This document shows positions 1-12,111 of a stretch of 64,000 nt of DNA, one piece after another (position 1 is the stretch's first letter; every line of letters starts with the position of its first letter). Both the position numbers and the translations under genes were made by a program. Below the pieces are notes generated by a model, which saw only the letters and a program-made list of their open reading frames with translations, was not told where the DNA came from and ran no database searches. Source of the stretch: Burkholderiales bacterium. Its GTDB lineage: Bacteria > Pseudomonadota > Gammaproteobacteria > Burkholderiales > SG8-41. The DNA is taken from positions 52,768 to 116,767 of the forward strand of contig DATKOF010000011.1 in assembly GCA_035524795.1 (NCBI GenBank), in the 5' to 3' direction.

Positions 1-53
1 GGAATTCTCCGCCGCGGCGATGTTAAACTAGTCTGGCATTTACAGGACGCTCC

Positions 54-857
54 ATGCCCTCGGCGAACATCGTTGAAATCGTCAAACTGCGCTTCGGCTA
101 TCCGGGCCGGCCGCTGCTGAAGGGTATCGATTTCACGATCGCGCGCGGCAAGGTGGTCGGCATCATGGGCGCCAGCGGCTGCGGCAAATCGACGCTGCTG
201 CGGCTGATCGGCGGCCAGCTGGTTCCGGCCGGCGGCCATGTCAGCGTCGACGGCCAGATCGTGCATGAACTGGGGCGCGACGCCCTCTACCGGCTGCGCC
301 GCAAGATGGGGATGCAGTTCCAGATGGGCGGGCTGCTGACCGATCTGTCGGTGTTCGAGAACATCGCTTTCCAGATGCGCGAACATACCGATCTTCCCGA
401 AACCATGATCCGCGATTTGGTGCTGATGAAGCTGGCCGCGGTCGGCCTGCTCGGCGCCGATCAACTGATGCCGGCCGAGCTGTCGGGCGGCATGGCGCGC
501 CGCGTCGGACTGGCGCGCGCGATCGCGCTCGACCCGATGCTGATCATCTACGATGAACCGTTCGCCGGGCTCGATCCGATTTCATGCAGCGTGATCGGCA
601 ACCTGATCCGCAGCCTCAACGATGCGCTCGGCGTGACGTCGATCGTCGTTTCGTACGATGCGCACGAGACGCTGAAAGTCGTCGACGAGGTCTGCCTGAT
701 TTCGGATGGCGTGGTCGCCGCCGCCGGCACTTCTGCCGAGATGCGTGATTCAAAAGATCCTTTTGTGCGCCAGTTTCTCGACGGTGCGCCCGACGGGCCG
801 GTGCCTTTCCAGTACCCGCATGATCCTTATCAGGCAGATCTCGGCCTGACCGCGTAG
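54..857 (+). CDS. mlaF: MlaF/Ttg2A-family ABC transporter ATP-binding protein
   Basis: Walker A GASGCGKS, signature [19 protein letters not shown], Walker [14 protein letters not shown]-terminal [20 protein letters not shown] typical of MlaF; H-loop reads VSYD. Confidence 0.85.
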   Translation: MPSANIVEIVKLRFGYPGRPLLKGIDFTIARGKVVGIMGASGCGKSTLLRLIGGQLVPAGGHVSVDGQIVHELGRDALYRLRRKMGMQFQMGGLLTDLSVFENIAFQMREHTDLPETMIRDLVLMKLAAVGLLGADQLMPAELSGGMARRVGLARAIALDPMLIIYDEPFAGLDPISCSVIGNLIRSLNDALGVTSIVVSYDAHETLKVVDEVCLISDGVVAAAGTSAEMRDSKDPFVRQFLDGAPDGPVPFQYPHDPYQADLGLTA

Positions 858-976
858 CGGCGAGTCCGGCGCCGTTCGCCATCGGCGCGGCAGAGCTCCT
901 TGTTTTCATTTGCTTTCCCCGGGTTTGCATCATCCTTTGCGGTAGAATGCGCTTTTTGTTTTTGGAGACGCAGCCG

Positions 977-1612
977 ATGCTGGGCATCGCGTTGTCGAAG
1001 GGGCGCATTCTGGACGAGGCGCTGCCGTTGTTTGCGGCGGCGGGCATCCGTGCGACCGAAGACCCGGCGGTTTCGCGCCGACTGATCATCGACACCACGC
1101 GCCGCGGCGTGCGGCTGATTCTGGTGCGTGCGAGCGATGTGCCGACCTACGTGCGCTACGGCGCCGCCGATCTCGGCGTCGCCGGCGGCGACGTGCTGAT
1201 GGAGCAGGGCGGCGACGGCCTGTATCAGCCGCTCGATCTGGGAATCGCGCACTGCCGGATGATGGTCGCGGTGCGCCGCGGCTTCGATTACCGGCGCGCG
1301 GTGCGGCCGGGCGCGCGGCTGCGCGTCGCCACCAAGTACGTGGAGACCGCGCGCGAGCATTTCGCGGCGAAGGGCGTGCACGTCGACCTGATCAAACTCT
1401 ACGGTTCGATGGAGCTCGCGCCGCTGACCGGGCTCGCCGATGCGATCGTCGACCTGGTCAGCAGCGGCGCCACGCTGCGCGCCAACGATCTGGTCGCAGT
1501 CGAGGAAATCGCGCCGATCAGCGCGCGGCTGGCGGTCAACCAGGCCGCGTTCAAGTTGAAGCACGCCGAGATCCGGCCGCTGCTCGACGCGTTGCGCAGG
1601 GTGGTCAGTTGA
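977..1612 (+). CDS. hisG: ATP phosphoribosyltransferase, short form (HisZ-dependent)
   Basis: [36 protein letters not shown]; start moved to ATG 977 behind GGAG; no C-terminal regulatory domain. Confidence 0.95.
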   Translation: MLGIALSKGRILDEALPLFAAAGIRATEDPAVSRRLIIDTTRRGVRLILVRASDVPTYVRYGAADLGVAGGDVLMEQGGDGLYQPLDLGIAHCRMMVAVRRGFDYRRAVRPGARLRVATKYVETAREHFAAKGVHVDLIKLYGSMELAPLTGLADAIVDLVSSGATLRANDLVAVEEIAPISARLAVNQAAFKLKHAEIRPLLDALRRVVS

Positions 1613-2907
1613 TCGCGATCAAACGGCTGCGCTCGGACGCGCCGGATTTCGAGCCGCAGCTGGCGGCGCTGCTTGCGCTCGACGACGCTGCAGACCGGCA
1701 GATCGATGCCGCGGCTGCGGCGATCCTCGATGACGTCAGGCGCCGCGGCGACGCCGCGGTGCTCGAATACACGCGCCGTTTCGACCGCGTCGAGGCCGCT
1801 TCCGTCGCGCAACTTGAAATTCCCGCCGCCGAGATGCGGCGCGCCCTCGAACAACTGCCGGCGCCGCAGCGCGCGGCGCTCGAGCAGGCGGCGGCGCGCG
1901 TGCGCGGCTATCACGAAAGACAGGTCGCGCAGTCGTGGCGCTATATCGACGACGACGGCACGCGGCTCGGCCAGCAGGTGACCGCGCTCGACCGCGTCGG
2001 CCTCTACGTGCCGGGCGGCAAGGCCGCCTATCCGTCGTCGGTGCTGATGAACGCGCTGCCGGCCCGCGTCGCCGGCGTCGGCGAGATCGTGATGACGGTG
2101 CCGACGCCGGACGGTGAGAGAAATCCGCTGGTACTGGCGGCAGCGGCGCTGTGCGGCATCGATCGTGTTTTTGCGATCGGTGGTGCGCAGGCGGTCGGCG
2201 CGCTGGCCTACGGCACGGCGACGGTGCCGGCGGTCGATAAAATCGTCGGCCCCGGCAACGCCTACGTCGCGGCGGCCAAGCGCCGCGTGTTCGGCGCCGT
2301 CGGCATCGACATGATTGCAGGCCCTTCGGAAATCCTGATCGTCGGTGACGGCAGCGTGGAGCCGGACTGGATCGCGATCGACATGTTCGCCCAGGCCGAA
2401 CACGACGAGATGGCGCAGGCGATATTGATGTCGCCGGACGCGGCATACGTCGCGCGCGTGGCAGCGAGCATCGAACGGCTGCTTTCCGATATGCCGCGGC
2501 GTGACGTGATCCGCGCCGCGCTGGAGCGGCGCGGCGCGCTGATCGAAGTGGGCGATCTCGACGAGGCGTGCGCGCTCGTCAACCGGATCGCGCCCGAGCA
2601 CCTCGAACTCGCGGTCGCCGACCCCGAGCCGCTGCTGGAAAAAATCCGCCACGCCGGCGCGATCTTCCTCGGCGGCTATACTTCGGAGGCGCTCGGCGAC
2701 TACTGCGCCGGCCCCAATCACGTGCTGCCGACGGCGCGCAGCGCGCGCTTTTCGTCGCCGCTCGGCGTCTACGATTTCCAGAAACGCTCGAGCGTGATAG
2801 CGGTGTCGCGGCAGGGCGCGCAAAAGCTCGGCGCGGTCGCCGCCGAACTTGCGCGCGGCGAAGGCTTGTCCGCGCACGCGCTGGCCGCGGAATACCGGAT
2901 GAAATAG
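1609..2907 (+). CDS. hisD: histidinol dehydrogenase
   Basis: [60 protein letters not shown] start overlaps hisG stop. Confidence 0.97.
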   Translation: MIAIKRLRSDAPDFEPQLAALLALDDAADRQIDAAAAAILDDVRRRGDAAVLEYTRRFDRVEAASVAQLEIPAAEMRRALEQLPAPQRAALEQAAARVRGYHERQVAQSWRYIDDDGTRLGQQVTALDRVGLYVPGGKAAYPSSVLMNALPARVAGVGEIVMTVPTPDGERNPLVLAAAALCGIDRVFAIGGAQAVGALAYGTATVPAVDKIVGPGNAYVAAAKRRVFGAVGIDMIAGPSEILIVGDGSVEPDWIAIDMFAQAEHDEMAQAILMSPDAAYVARVAASIERLLSDMPRRDVIRAALERRGALIEVGDLDEACALVNRIAPEHLELAVADPEPLLEKIRHAGAIFLGGYTSEALGDYCAGPNHVLPTARSARFSSPLGVYDFQKRSSVIAVSRQGAQKLGAVAAELARGEGLSAHALAAEYRMK

Positions 2908-3009
2908 CCGCTGTCGAGCCGCGCGCGAGCGCAGCGGGAGCGGGCCAGGGACGATGGTCCGCGTTCATCGCCGCCGATCCGCGATCAAAACCGCTGAATT
3001 CATCCGCCC

Positions 3010-4083
3010 ATGCCGCAGACACCCGACGATATCATCCGCGACGAAATCCGCGCGCTGACCGCGTATCACGTGGCGGACGCCGCCGGCATGGTCAAGCTCG
3101 ACGCGATGGAAAATCCCTATCCGTTGCCGCCCGCGCTGCGCGATGAAATCGCCGCCTGCGCCAGGGATGCAGCGCTGAACCGCTATCCCGATCCCGGCGC
3201 GCGCGAGCTGAAGGCGTGCCTGCGCGAAACCATGCAGGCGCCGGCCGGCATGGATCTGGTGCTGGGCAACGGCTCCGACGAGCTGATCCAGATGCTGGCG
3301 CTGGCGGTCGCTCGGCCGGGCGCCGCGATGCTGGGCTGCGAGCCGTCGTTTGCGATGTTCCGGATGATCGCGGTGTGCGCCGGATTACGCTACGTCGGCG
3401 TGTCGCTGACCGCGCGTTTCGCGCTCGATGTGCCGGCGATGCTGGCGGCGATCGAAACGCACCGTCCGGCCCTGATCTTCATCGCCTATCCCAACAATCC
3501 GACCGGCAATCTGTTCGACGCCGCGGCGCTGGAACGCGTGATCGCCGCTGCGCCGGGCCTCGTCGTGATCGACGAAGCCTATCACGCATTCGCCGGCAGG
3601 AGCTTCATGCCGCGTTTGGCCGAATTTCCCAATCTGCTGGTGATGCGCACGGTCTCCAAACTCGGGCTCGCCGGCCTGCGCCTGGGACTGCTTGCCGGCC
3701 GCGCAGAATGGCTGCGCCACGTCGACAAATTGCGCTTACCGTATAATGTCGGTGTGCTGACACAGCGGATCGCGGTGGCGGTATTACGGCATCACGCGGT
3801 GCTTGACGAGCAGGCAGCCGCGATCAGGGCCGCGCGCGCGCAACTGCTGCGTGAACTGCGGCGGATGACCGCAGTGGAGGCCTACGACAGCGATGCCAAT
3901 TTCATTTTATTCAGGGTGGCCGACGCGAACCGGACATTCGACGGGTTAAGGGCGCGTGGGGTGTTGATCAAGAACCTGCACGGCGCGCATCCGCTGCTGG
4001 CGGAATGTCTGCGCGTGACGGTCGGTACCGCGGGTGAAAACGCGCGCTTCCTCGAAGCGCTGGCGGCGACCCGGAATTCCTGA
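3010..4083 (+). CDS. hisC: histidinol-phosphate aminotransferase
   Basis: [41 protein letters not shown]-lysine motif; position in his operon. Confidence 0.95.
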   Translation: MPQTPDDIIRDEIRALTAYHVADAAGMVKLDAMENPYPLPPALRDEIAACARDAALNRYPDPGARELKACLRETMQAPAGMDLVLGNGSDELIQMLALAVARPGAAMLGCEPSFAMFRMIAVCAGLRYVGVSLTARFALDVPAMLAAIETHRPALIFIAYPNNPTGNLFDAAALERVIAAAPGLVVIDEAYHAFAGRSFMPRLAEFPNLLVMRTVSKLGLAGLRLGLLAGRAEWLRHVDKLRLPYNVGVLTQRIAVAVLRHHAVLDEQAAAIRAARAQLLRELRRMTAVEAYDSDANFILFRVADANRTFDGLRARGVLIKNLHGAHPLLAECLRVTVGTAGENARFLEALAATRNS

Positions 4084-4110
4084 TCCCGGACTCGTACTAC
4101 CTCTACTGCG

Positions 4111-4698
<588 letters not shown>

Positions 4699-4718
4699 GC
4701 CGCGTACGGTACTGACCG

Positions 4719-5399
4719 ATGGATATCGCTGTCGTCGATTACGGGATGGGCAACCTGCGCTCGGTGGCAAAGGCGCTCGAACACGTCGCGCCGCAGCTGA
4801 AAATCGTCGTCACCGACGATCCCGATGCGGTGCGCCGCGCCGCGCGCGTGGTGTTTCCGGGGCAGGGCGCGATGCCCGACTGCATGCGCGAAATGGACGC
4901 GCGTGGCCTGCGTCCGGCGGTGCTCGACGCCGCCCGCCGCAAGCCGTTTCTCGGCATCTGCATCGGACTGCAGATGCTGTTCGAGCGCAGCGAGGAGGGC
5001 GATACCCCGGGCCTGTCCGTGCTGCGCGGGCGGGTGCGGCGCTTTGCCGATGGGATGATCGACGCCGGCGGCGCGCGGCTGAAGGTGCCGCACATAGGAT
5101 GGAATCAGGTATGGCAGACTGCGCCCCATCCATTGTGGAGCGGAATCGAGGACGGCAGCCGGTTCTATTTCGTGCACAGCTACTACGTCGATCCCGCCGA
5201 TTCCGCGTCGATCGCCGGCGCCAGCGATTATCCGGGCCGCTTCGCCTGCGCGATCGCGCGCAACAACCTGTTCGCGGTGCAATTCCACCCCGAAAAAAGC
5301 GATCGCGCAGGGCTGCAGTTGCTGTCCAATTTTGCCGGCTGGCAACCGGCGGCGGCCAGCGGCACCCGGCAAGCCGAGGCGGTTGAGCGATCTGCGTGA
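4719..5399 (+). CDS. hisH: imidazole glycerol phosphate synthase glutaminase subunit
   Basis: DYGMGNLRSV, PGQG, GICIGLQ nucleophile, YFVHSY, QFHPEKS. Confidence 0.97.
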   Translation: MDIAVVDYGMGNLRSVAKALEHVAPQLKIVVTDDPDAVRRAARVVFPGQGAMPDCMREMDARGLRPAVLDAARRKPFLGICIGLQMLFERSEEGDTPGLSVLRGRVRRFADGMIDAGGARLKVPHIGWNQVWQTAPHPLWSGIEDGSRFYFVHSYYVDPADSASIAGASDYPGRFACAIARNNLFAVQFHPEKSDRAGLQLLSNFAGWQPAAASGTRQAEAVERSA

Positions 5400-5530
5400 C
5401 GTGTAGTATGATGATTTCGTCGGTTCAGAATCCATCATTTCCCCTTCGGCCAGCCACTTTTCTATCGCATCTCTGCGCGCGTGTCGCGCCGTGAATCCCG
5501 TTTAATCCCGTTGAACCGCCATCGCGCAGC

Positions 5531-6301
5531 ATGCTGATTATTCCTGCGATCGACCTCAAGGACGGCAAGTGTGTGCGCCTGAAGCAGGGTGCCATGGACG
5601 ATGCCACCGTCTTTTCCGAAGATCCGGGCGCGCTGGCCGCGCACTGGGTCGAGTCCGGCGCGCGGCGGTTGCACGTGGTCGATCTCAATGGCGCGGCCGC
5701 CGGCCGGCCGAAGAACGAGGCCGCGATCAGGATGATCGTGGACGCGGTCGGCGGGCGCATTCCGATCCAGCTGGGCGGCGGCATCCGCGATCTCGACACC
5801 ATCGAGCGCTATCTCGACCACGGCATCGGCTACGTGATCATCGGCACCGCAGCGGTCAAGACCCCCGGTTTCCTGCATGACGCATGCACGGCGTTTACCG
5901 GACACGTGATGGTGGCGCTCGACGCCAAGGAAGGTAAGGTCGCAGTCGACGGCTGGTCGAAGATGACCGGTCACGATGTGATCGATCTCGCCAAAAAATT
6001 CCAGGATTACGGCGTCGAGGCGATCATCTACACCGACATCGGGCGCGACGGCATGTTGACCGGCATCAATATCGAAGCGACCGTCGAGCTGGCGCGCCAC
6101 ATCACCACGCCGATCATCGCCAGCGGCGGACTGACCGATCTCGAAGATGTCAAGGCCCTGTGCAAGGTCGAATCCGAGGGCATCATCGGTGCGATCACTG
6201 GCCGCGCGGTTTATCAGGGCACCGTCGATTTTGCCGCGGCACAGAAGCTGGCCGACAAGCTGGCCAAGAAAAAGGGTTCAGGATCGGGGATCGAGGATTG
6301 A
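5531..6301 (+). CDS. hisA: ProFAR isomerase
   Basis: [40 protein letters not shown]. Confidence 0.97.
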   Translation: MLIIPAIDLKDGKCVRLKQGAMDDATVFSEDPGALAAHWVESGARRLHVVDLNGAAAGRPKNEAAIRMIVDAVGGRIPIQLGGGIRDLDTIERYLDHGIGYVIIGTAAVKTPGFLHDACTAFTGHVMVALDAKEGKVAVDGWSKMTGHDVIDLAKKFQDYGVEAIIYTDIGRDGMLTGINIEATVELARHITTPIIASGGLTDLEDVKALCKVESEGIIGAITGRAVYQGTVDFAAAQKLADKLAKKKGSGSGIED

Positions 6302-6327
6302 GGAACTTGCTGAACCCTGAATCCTGA
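6274..6327. repeat. heptamer tandem repeat with inverted copies (GGRTYNR-like)
   Basis: GGGTTCA-GGATCGG-GGATCGA-GGATTGA followed by reverse-complement units TGAACCC-TGAATCC. Confidence 0.55.
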
Positions 6328-7094
6328 TGCTGGCCAAGCGCATCATCCCGTGCCTCGACGTGACCGCAGGGCGCGTCGTCAAGGGCGTCAATTTCGCCGG
6401 TTTGCGCGACGCCGGCGATCCGGTCGAGGTCGCGCGCCGCTACGGCGAGCAGGGCGCCGACGAGCTTGCGTTTCTCGACATCACGGCGAGCAGCGACGGG
6501 CGCGATCTGATTCTGCCGGCGATCGAGGCGGTCGCGGCACAGGTGTTCATTCCGCTGACCGTCGGCGGCGGCGTGCGTTCGGTGAACGACGTACGGCGAC
6601 TGCTCAACGCCGGCGCCGACAAGGTCAGCATCAATACTGCGGCGGTGCAGAATCCGCAGTTGGTGGTCGACGCCACCGCGCGCTTCGGCGCCCAATGCAT
6701 CGTCGTTGCGATCGATGCCAAACGCGCCGCCGGTCCCGGCCCTCTGCGCTGGGAAGTCCATACCCATGGCGGGCGCACCGCGACCGGCCTCGATGCCGTC
6801 GAATGGGGGCGCCGTATGCAGCGCGCCGGTGCCGGCGAAATCCTGCTGACCAGCATGGACCGCGATGGCACGCGCCAGGGGTTCGATCTCGAACTGACGC
6901 GCGCGTTCTGCAACGGGCTCGACATACCGGTGATCGCAAGCGGGGGGGTCGGCAACCTGCAGCATCTGGTCGATGGCATTCTGCTCGGGCACGCAGATGC
7001 GGTGCTGGCCGCCAGCATTTTCCATTATGGCGAATATACGGTGCAGCAGGCCAAGCAGTTGATGGCGCAATGCGGCATCGAAATCAGGCAATGA
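6327..7094 (+). CDS. hisF: imidazole glycerol phosphate synthase cyclase subunit
   Basis: [42 protein letters not shown]. Confidence 0.97.
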   Translation: MLAKRIIPCLDVTAGRVVKGVNFAGLRDAGDPVEVARRYGEQGADELAFLDITASSDGRDLILPAIEAVAAQVFIPLTVGGGVRSVNDVRRLLNAGADKVSINTAAVQNPQLVVDATARFGAQCIVVAIDAKRAAGPGPLRWEVHTHGGRTATGLDAVEWGRRMQRAGAGEILLTSMDRDGTRQGFDLELTRAFCNGLDIPVIASGGVGNLQHLVDGILLGHADAVLAASIFHYGEYTVQQAKQLMAQCGIEIRQ

Positions 7095-7127
7095 AGCAGC
7101 GGGCGGGACAGGCGTAGAATCGGGAAT

Positions 7128-7517
7128 ATGTCCGAAAACTGGGTGAACAAAGTGAACTGGTCGCAGGATGGCCTGGTGCCCGCGATTGCGCAGGAAGCCG
7201 GCAGCGGGAGAATTCTGACGCTGGCGTGGATGAATCGGGATGCGCTGACGCGCACCGCGCAGACTGGCGAGGCGCACTACTGGTCGCGCTCGCGCCGGAA
7301 AATCTGGCGTAAGGGTGAAGAGTCGGGCCATGTACAGCGGGTGAAAAACATCCGTCTTGACTGTGACGACGACGCGATTCTGCTCGAGGTCGAACAGATC
7401 GGCGGCATTGCCTGCCACACCGGCCGGCACAGCTGCTTTTTCCAGTTGCTGAAGAACGGCGAGTGGGTCGTGACGGATGCCGTGTTGAAGGACCCGCGGG
7501 AGATTTACCGGAAATGA
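7128..7517 (+). CDS. hisI: phosphoribosyl-AMP cyclohydrolase
   Basis: [29 protein letters not shown]. Confidence 0.96.
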   Translation: MSENWVNKVNWSQDGLVPAIAQEAGSGRILTLAWMNRDALTRTAQTGEAHYWSRSRRKIWRKGEESGHVQRVKNIRLDCDDDAILLEVEQIGGIACHTGRHSCFFQLLKNGEWVVTDAVLKDPREIYRK

Positions 7518-7834
7518 GCGACGCGGAGATATTGCGGCGATTGTCGGAAACCATCGCCGCGCGCAGGGGCGCGGATGCAGAGAGTTCCTATGTTGCGAAA
7601 TTGTTCGACAAGGGACACGAGGCGATACTGAAGAAGGTGGCCGAAGAATCCGCGGAAACCCTGCTGGCGGCCAAGGACGGTGATAAACTGCACCTGATAC
7701 GTGAAACCGCCGATTTGTGGTTTCATTGTCTTGTGTTGCTGGCTTGGCATGGGGCGGCGGCCGATGACGTATTGAAGGAACTGCAGCGGCGCGAAGGTGT
7801 CTCCGGCCTCGCGGAAAAGGCTGCGCGCAGATAA
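7514..7834 (+). CDS. hisE: phosphoribosyl-ATP pyrophosphatase
   Basis: [27 protein letters not shown] 7514 overlaps hisI stop. Confidence 0.95.
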   Translation: MSDAEILRRLSETIAARRGADAESSYVAKLFDKGHEAILKKVAEESAETLLAAKDGDKLHLIRETADLWFHCLVLLAWHGAAADDVLKELQRREGVSGLAEKAARR

Positions 7835-7862
7835 TGCGGTGCGGCGCATCAGAGGAGCGATT

Positions 7863-8084
7863 ATGGGATCTCTCAGCATCTGGCACTGGCTGATCGTGTT
7901 GCTGGTCATCGTACTGATCTTCGGCACCAGGAAGCTGCGCAATATCGGTTCCGATCTTGGCGGGGCGGTGCGCGGATTCAAGGAAGGGTTGCATGGTGAA
8001 GACAGCAAACAGGGCACGCCACCGACCACGACTGCGGGCCGCACCATCGAGGGCGAGGCCGGCAAGGAAAATTCCAAGACATGA
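7863..8084 (+). CDS. tatA: twin-arginine translocase subunit TatA
   Basis: [42 protein letters not shown] upstream of ATG 7863. Confidence 0.95.
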   Translation: MGSLSIWHWLIVLLVIVLIFGTRKLRNIGSDLGGAVRGFKEGLHGEDSKQGTPPTTTAGRTIEGEAGKENSKT

Positions 8085-8163
8085 AGCGCAGGCGCAGAAC
8101 CGGCGGTGACGGAAAAAGACATCATCGTTTCGCCCGGCCGCCGGCAGCTACCTGCGATTTCTC

Positions 8164-8508
8164 ATGTTCGACATCAGCTTTTCGGAACTCGTCGTCATAG
8201 CGGTCGTGGCGTTGATTGTCGTCGGCCCGGAACGATTGCCGACAGTCGCGCGTACTTGCGGCCGCCTGTTCGCGCGCGCGCGGCGCTGCATCATAGAAAT
8301 CAAGACCGACATCGCGCGCGAAATCGAGATTGAAGAGCTGGAGCGCGCCCGCGGGGGCTTCAAGGCGGGAGTGCATTCTGTGGAGCAGGCCGCGGCACGG
8401 GAAACCGACGCCGCGCGCAGGCACCTCGAAGACATCGTTGCTGCGGCAGGGCCTTCAAGATCCGCACCGACGGATGAACCGGCGAAACCTGCCCGCAAGC
8501 AGGTTTGA
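8164..8508 (+). CDS. tatB: twin-arginine translocase subunit TatB
   Basis: MFDISFSELVVIAVVALIVVGPERLP. Confidence 0.93.
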   Translation: MFDISFSELVVIAVVALIVVGPERLPTVARTCGRLFARARRCIIEIKTDIAREIEIEELERARGGFKAGVHSVEQAAARETDAARRHLEDIVAAAGPSRSAPTDEPAKPARKQV

Positions 8509-8528
8509 TATTGCGTCGCCCGAGTGGC

Positions 8529-9278
8529 ATGCAGCAGGACACGTTTATCTCCCATCTGATCGAACTGCGTAGAAGGCTGCTGCGCTCCATTTTTGCGGTG
8601 CTGCTGGTGTTCCTCTGCCTGCTGCCGTGGGCAAAGGAATTGTACGCCCTGCTCGCGCATCCCCTGCTGGCGGCCCTGCCGCAGGGCGGTCGCATGATAG
8701 CGACCGACGTGGTGGGGGTGTTTCTGGTGCCGCTCAAGGTGGCGCTGCTGAGCGCGCTTTTGATCGCGCTGCCTTATGTGCTGTATCAGATATGGGCATT
8801 CGTGGCGCCGGGGCTGTATGCGCACGAAAAGCGCTTGGTGTTTCCATTGGTGGCCGCGAGTATGCTGCTGTTTCTGGTCGGGATGGCCTTCGCCTATTTT
8901 CTGGTGTTTCCGCTGGTGTTTCGCTTCATGGCGTCAATCGCGCCCGAAGGTGTCGCCTGGATGACGGATATCGACAAATATCTGAGTTTTACGCTGGCGA
9001 TGTTCATCGCATTCGGCGTGACGTTCGAAGTGCCGGTCGTAATTGTGGTGTTGGTGTACATGGGCGTTGTCAGCGTTGAAAAACTGCGTGACAGCCGGCC
9101 GTACATCGTGGTCGGCGCATTTGTGGTCGGCGCGGTTTTTACCCCACCCGACGTGGTTTCGCAATTGATGCTCGCGGTCCCGTTGTGGCTGCTTTACGAA
9201 ATCGGCATCATCGTCGCAAGCTTTATCAGCGTGCGCCGGAGCGCCGCATCCACAACCCGCCCCGCTGACATCGACTAA
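8529..9278 (+). CDS. tatC: twin-arginine translocase subunit TatC
   Basis: HLIELRRRL, WAFVAPGLY, FEVP, TPPDVVSQ; about six TM segments. Confidence 0.95.
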   Translation: MQQDTFISHLIELRRRLLRSIFAVLLVFLCLLPWAKELYALLAHPLLAALPQGGRMIATDVVGVFLVPLKVALLSALLIALPYVLYQIWAFVAPGLYAHEKRLVFPLVAASMLLFLVGMAFAYFLVFPLVFRFMASIAPEGVAWMTDIDKYLSFTLAMFIAFGVTFEVPVVIVVLVYMGVVSVEKLRDSRPYIVVGAFVVGAVFTPPDVVSQLMLAVPLWLLYEIGIIVASFISVRRSAASTTRPADID

Positions 9279-10459
9279 CCATCCTGTTCGGGGGCAAGCT
9301 GCTGCCGAGGGCGTCTGCCGACGTCGGTCTGCAGATCCAGTTCCTTGCCGCTGCGTATCACTTTTAGCGTCGTTGTGGTGCCGGGTTTCAGCGCGGCGAT
9401 CGAAGTGAGCGTAGTCGAGTAATCACTGACCGGGCGCCCGCCGACCGCGATCAGAATATCGCCGGGCTTGATATTGGCGCGGTCGGCCGGCCCGTTGTTG
9501 ACTACTTCGGTGATCAACGCGCCGCTTATCTTCGGCAATTTCAACGATGCGACAAGCTCCGGCGTCAATTCCTCCACGCCGATGCCGACCCAGCCGCGCG
9601 TCACCGCGCCGTGTGCAATGATTTCCTGCAGTACCTGTGCGGCGAGACTGGAGGGGATTGCGAAGCCGATGCCTTGGGAACCGCCGCTCCTGGTGTAAAT
9701 CGCGGAATTGATGCCCAGCAAATTACCGTTGCTGTCCACCAGTGCCCCGCCGGAATTGCCCGGGTTGATGGCGGCATCGGTCTGGATGAAGTTCTCGAAA
9801 GCATTCATCCCGACATGACGCCCGAGCGCGCTGACGATGCCGGAGGTTACGGTCTGTCCGACGCCGAATGGATTGCCGATCGCCAGCACGATGTCGCCGA
9901 CCCGCGCCTGATCGGACTGCGCGAAAGTGATGGTCGGCAAATCTTTAAGGCCGATCCTGAGTACGGCAAGATCGGTATCGGGATCAGTCCCGACAACGCG
10001 CGCCGGAGAATGCCGGCCGTCCGCAAGCGCGACTTCAATTTCATCCGCCGCTTCGACCACGTGTTGATTGGTCAGAATGTAGCCTTCGGCATTGACGATA
10101 ACGCCCGAGCCGAGGCCGGTAATGCGCTGAGGCTGCGCCCCAAGCTGATTGCCGAAGAAAAAACGGAACATCGGATCGTCCGCGAATGGATGCCATTGTT
10201 GCTTGATTTCCTTGCTGGTGAAGATGCTGACCACCGCTGGCATTGCATTCCCGACCGCCTCGTTGAATGAGGCCAGCCGGCCGTCGGTGCTGCGCGCCGC
10301 CACCGCGACCGGCAGCGCACGCTGGGCCACGACGGCTTGCCGGCCGGGGAGGAATTTTTCAGGCAGCAGATCCGGCCGCAGCGTTGTTACCACGAACAGA
10401 ACGCCGAGACAGACCGTCGCGGTCTGGGCGAAAATCAACCACAGTCTGTACAACATCAT
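9275..10459 (-). CDS. DegS/DegQ-family membrane-anchored serine protease with one PDZ domain
   Basis: GSGVIV, LTNQHVV, DLAVL, IQTDAAINPGNSGG catalytic triad motifs, N-terminal TM, C-terminal PDZ; start estimated. Confidence 0.9.
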   Translation of the reverse strand: MMLYRLWLIFAQTATVCLGVLFVVTTLRPDLLPEKFLPGRQAVVAQRALPVAVAARSTDGRLASFNEAVGNAMPAVVSIFTSKEIKQQWHPFADDPMFRFFFGNQLGAQPQRITGLGSGVIVNAEGYILTNQHVVEAADEIEVALADGRHSPARVVGTDPDTDLAVLRIGLKDLPTITFAQSDQARVGDIVLAIGNPFGVGQTVTSGIVSALGRHVGMNAFENFIQTDAAINPGNSGGALVDSNGNLLGINSAIYTRSGGSQGIGFAIPSSLAAQVLQEIIAHGAVTRGWVGIGVEELTPELVASLKLPKISGALITEVVNNGPADRANIKPGDILIAVGGRPVSDYSTTLTSIAALKPGTTTTLKVIRSGKELDLQTDVGRRPRQQLAPEQDG

Positions 10460-10866
10460 GGCTATACCAAAAACAGTGACCCCGGCAGGTCGGGACATTG
10501 GATGCGCTTGCGAAGGGTACGCGAACCGCGACCCGGACTCCGATTTTCTATGTTTTTAATTATTGCCCAAACCATTCGCCAGCGAAAGAGATGCATATTA
10601 TCCCATGCGCGAATCCCGGCAGATTTGATCCGGGCCTTCGGGCATTTTCTGATCCCGCAGAATCCTTTTTGCCGGTAACCCAGGGTAGTCGACGCAGCAG
10701 AAATTAATTTAATCGATTGAAGTATATACGATTTTTACGAAAATGCTTAAATTTTCCTGTATGGTTGGGTAAAATACGAAATTTTGTTTGGCGGTGACCG
10801 GGATGCAAAAGCCCGTCTTGGGCAAATACTCATTCCTTATCCTGCCAGCCACAGGATATTTGCATA

Positions 10867-11466
10867 ATGATGACACTTTATTCCGGCACCACGGATCCGT
10901 TCAGTCAGCGTTGCCGCAACGTGCTTTATGAAAAAGGCATGGATTTTCAGATCATCGACGTCGACCTGCACAATAAACCGGAAGACCTGGCGGTGATGAA
11001 CCCGTACAACGAAGTGCCGGTGCTGGTCGAGCGGGACTTGATCTTGTACGAGGCGAATATCATCAACGAGTATATCGATGACCGTTTTCCGCATCCGCAA
11101 CTGATGCCTGCCGATCCGGTAATGCGCGCGCGAGCGCGGCTGTTCCTGTTCCGGTTCGAGCAAGAACTTTTCAACCATGTCGAAGTTCTTGAAAAAGGCA
11201 ATCAGCGCGGCGCCGACAAGGCGCGTATCTCGATCCGCGACAATCTGGCCCAGATCGCGCCGGTATTCACCAAACAGAAACATATGCTGGGAGATGAATT
11301 CTCCATGCTCGATGTCGCGATCGCGCCATTGCTGTGGCGGCTTGATTATTACGATATCCAGTTGCCGAAACAGGCGGCGCCCTTGATGAAGTACGCCGAA
11401 CGGCTGTTCAGCCGGCCGGCGTTCATCGATTCGCTGACCGCGTCAGAGAAAGTGATGCGGAAGTGA
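10867..11466 (+). CDS. sspA: stringent starvation protein A (GST-like)
   Basis: MTLYSG, NPYNEVPVLVERDL, EYIDDRFPHPQLMP, APLLWRL; upstream of sspB. Confidence 0.95.
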   Translation: MMTLYSGTTDPFSQRCRNVLYEKGMDFQIIDVDLHNKPEDLAVMNPYNEVPVLVERDLILYEANIINEYIDDRFPHPQLMPADPVMRARARLFLFRFEQELFNHVEVLEKGNQRGADKARISIRDNLAQIAPVFTKQKHMLGDEFSMLDVAIAPLLWRLDYYDIQLPKQAAPLMKYAERLFSRPAFIDSLTASEKVMRK

Positions 11467-11471
11467 TTCCT

Positions 11472-11876
11472 ATGGCTACGCAGGGGTCGAGCAAACCTTA
11501 CTTGATCCGCGCCATCTGTGAATGGTGCGGCGACAATGGCTTCACGCCGTATCTGGCGGTGAAGGTCGATGCCCGGACCCGCGTGCCGCTGGAGTACGTG
11601 AAGAACGGTGAGATTGTGCTCAATATCAGCAGAGACGCGACCCATCGCCTGACGGTCGGCGACGATTTCGTGCAATTTGCCGCCCGCTTCAATGGGACAT
11701 CACGCGAATGCTCGATCCCGATCGCCGCTGTGGCCGGCATTTTTGCGCGCGAAAACGGCCACGGTATATTTTTCTCCGCGGATGATGCGGCTTCGCAATC
11801 CGGTGTGACCCAGGCGACGCCGGAACTTGATCAGTCCGCGCCTGCCGGCCGGGTGCGGCTGCAAGTCGTCAAATAA
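11472..11876 (+). CDS. sspB: ClpXP adaptor SspB
   Basis: KPYLIRA, DNGFTPY, IVLNIS, ARFNG, ARENG, C-terminal ClpX-binding LQVVK. Confidence 0.95.
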   Translation: MATQGSSKPYLIRAICEWCGDNGFTPYLAVKVDARTRVPLEYVKNGEIVLNISRDATHRLTVGDDFVQFAARFNGTSRECSIPIAAVAGIFARENGHGIFFSADDAASQSGVTQATPELDQSAPAGRVRLQVVK

Positions 11877-11952
11877 AACAAGCAGCGCGGCGGATATATA
11901 ATTTCCGCCGTGCGCCTCATGTTTCATGGCAGGATACAGCAACGACCAACGC

Positions 11953-12024
11953 GCCGGATTAGCTCAGTGGTAGAGCAACCGCCTTGTAAGCGGTAGGTCA
12001 TCCGTTCGAGTCGGATATCCGGCA
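11953..12024 (+). tRNA. tRNA-Thr (anticodon TGT)
   Basis: acceptor stem GCCGGAT/ATCCGGC, D-arm TAGCTCAGTGGTAGAGC, anticodon arm ACCGC-CTTGTAA-GCGGT, T-loop GTTCGAGTC; followed by CCG rather than CCA. Confidence 0.95.
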
Positions 12025-12111
12025 CCGCCCTTGCCGTGTTCCTGTAGCCGGCACGGCGGGCGCCAGCAGGCACCGGATATTGAGCATTGATAAATGCAAA
12101 GGGCGGGGGAT

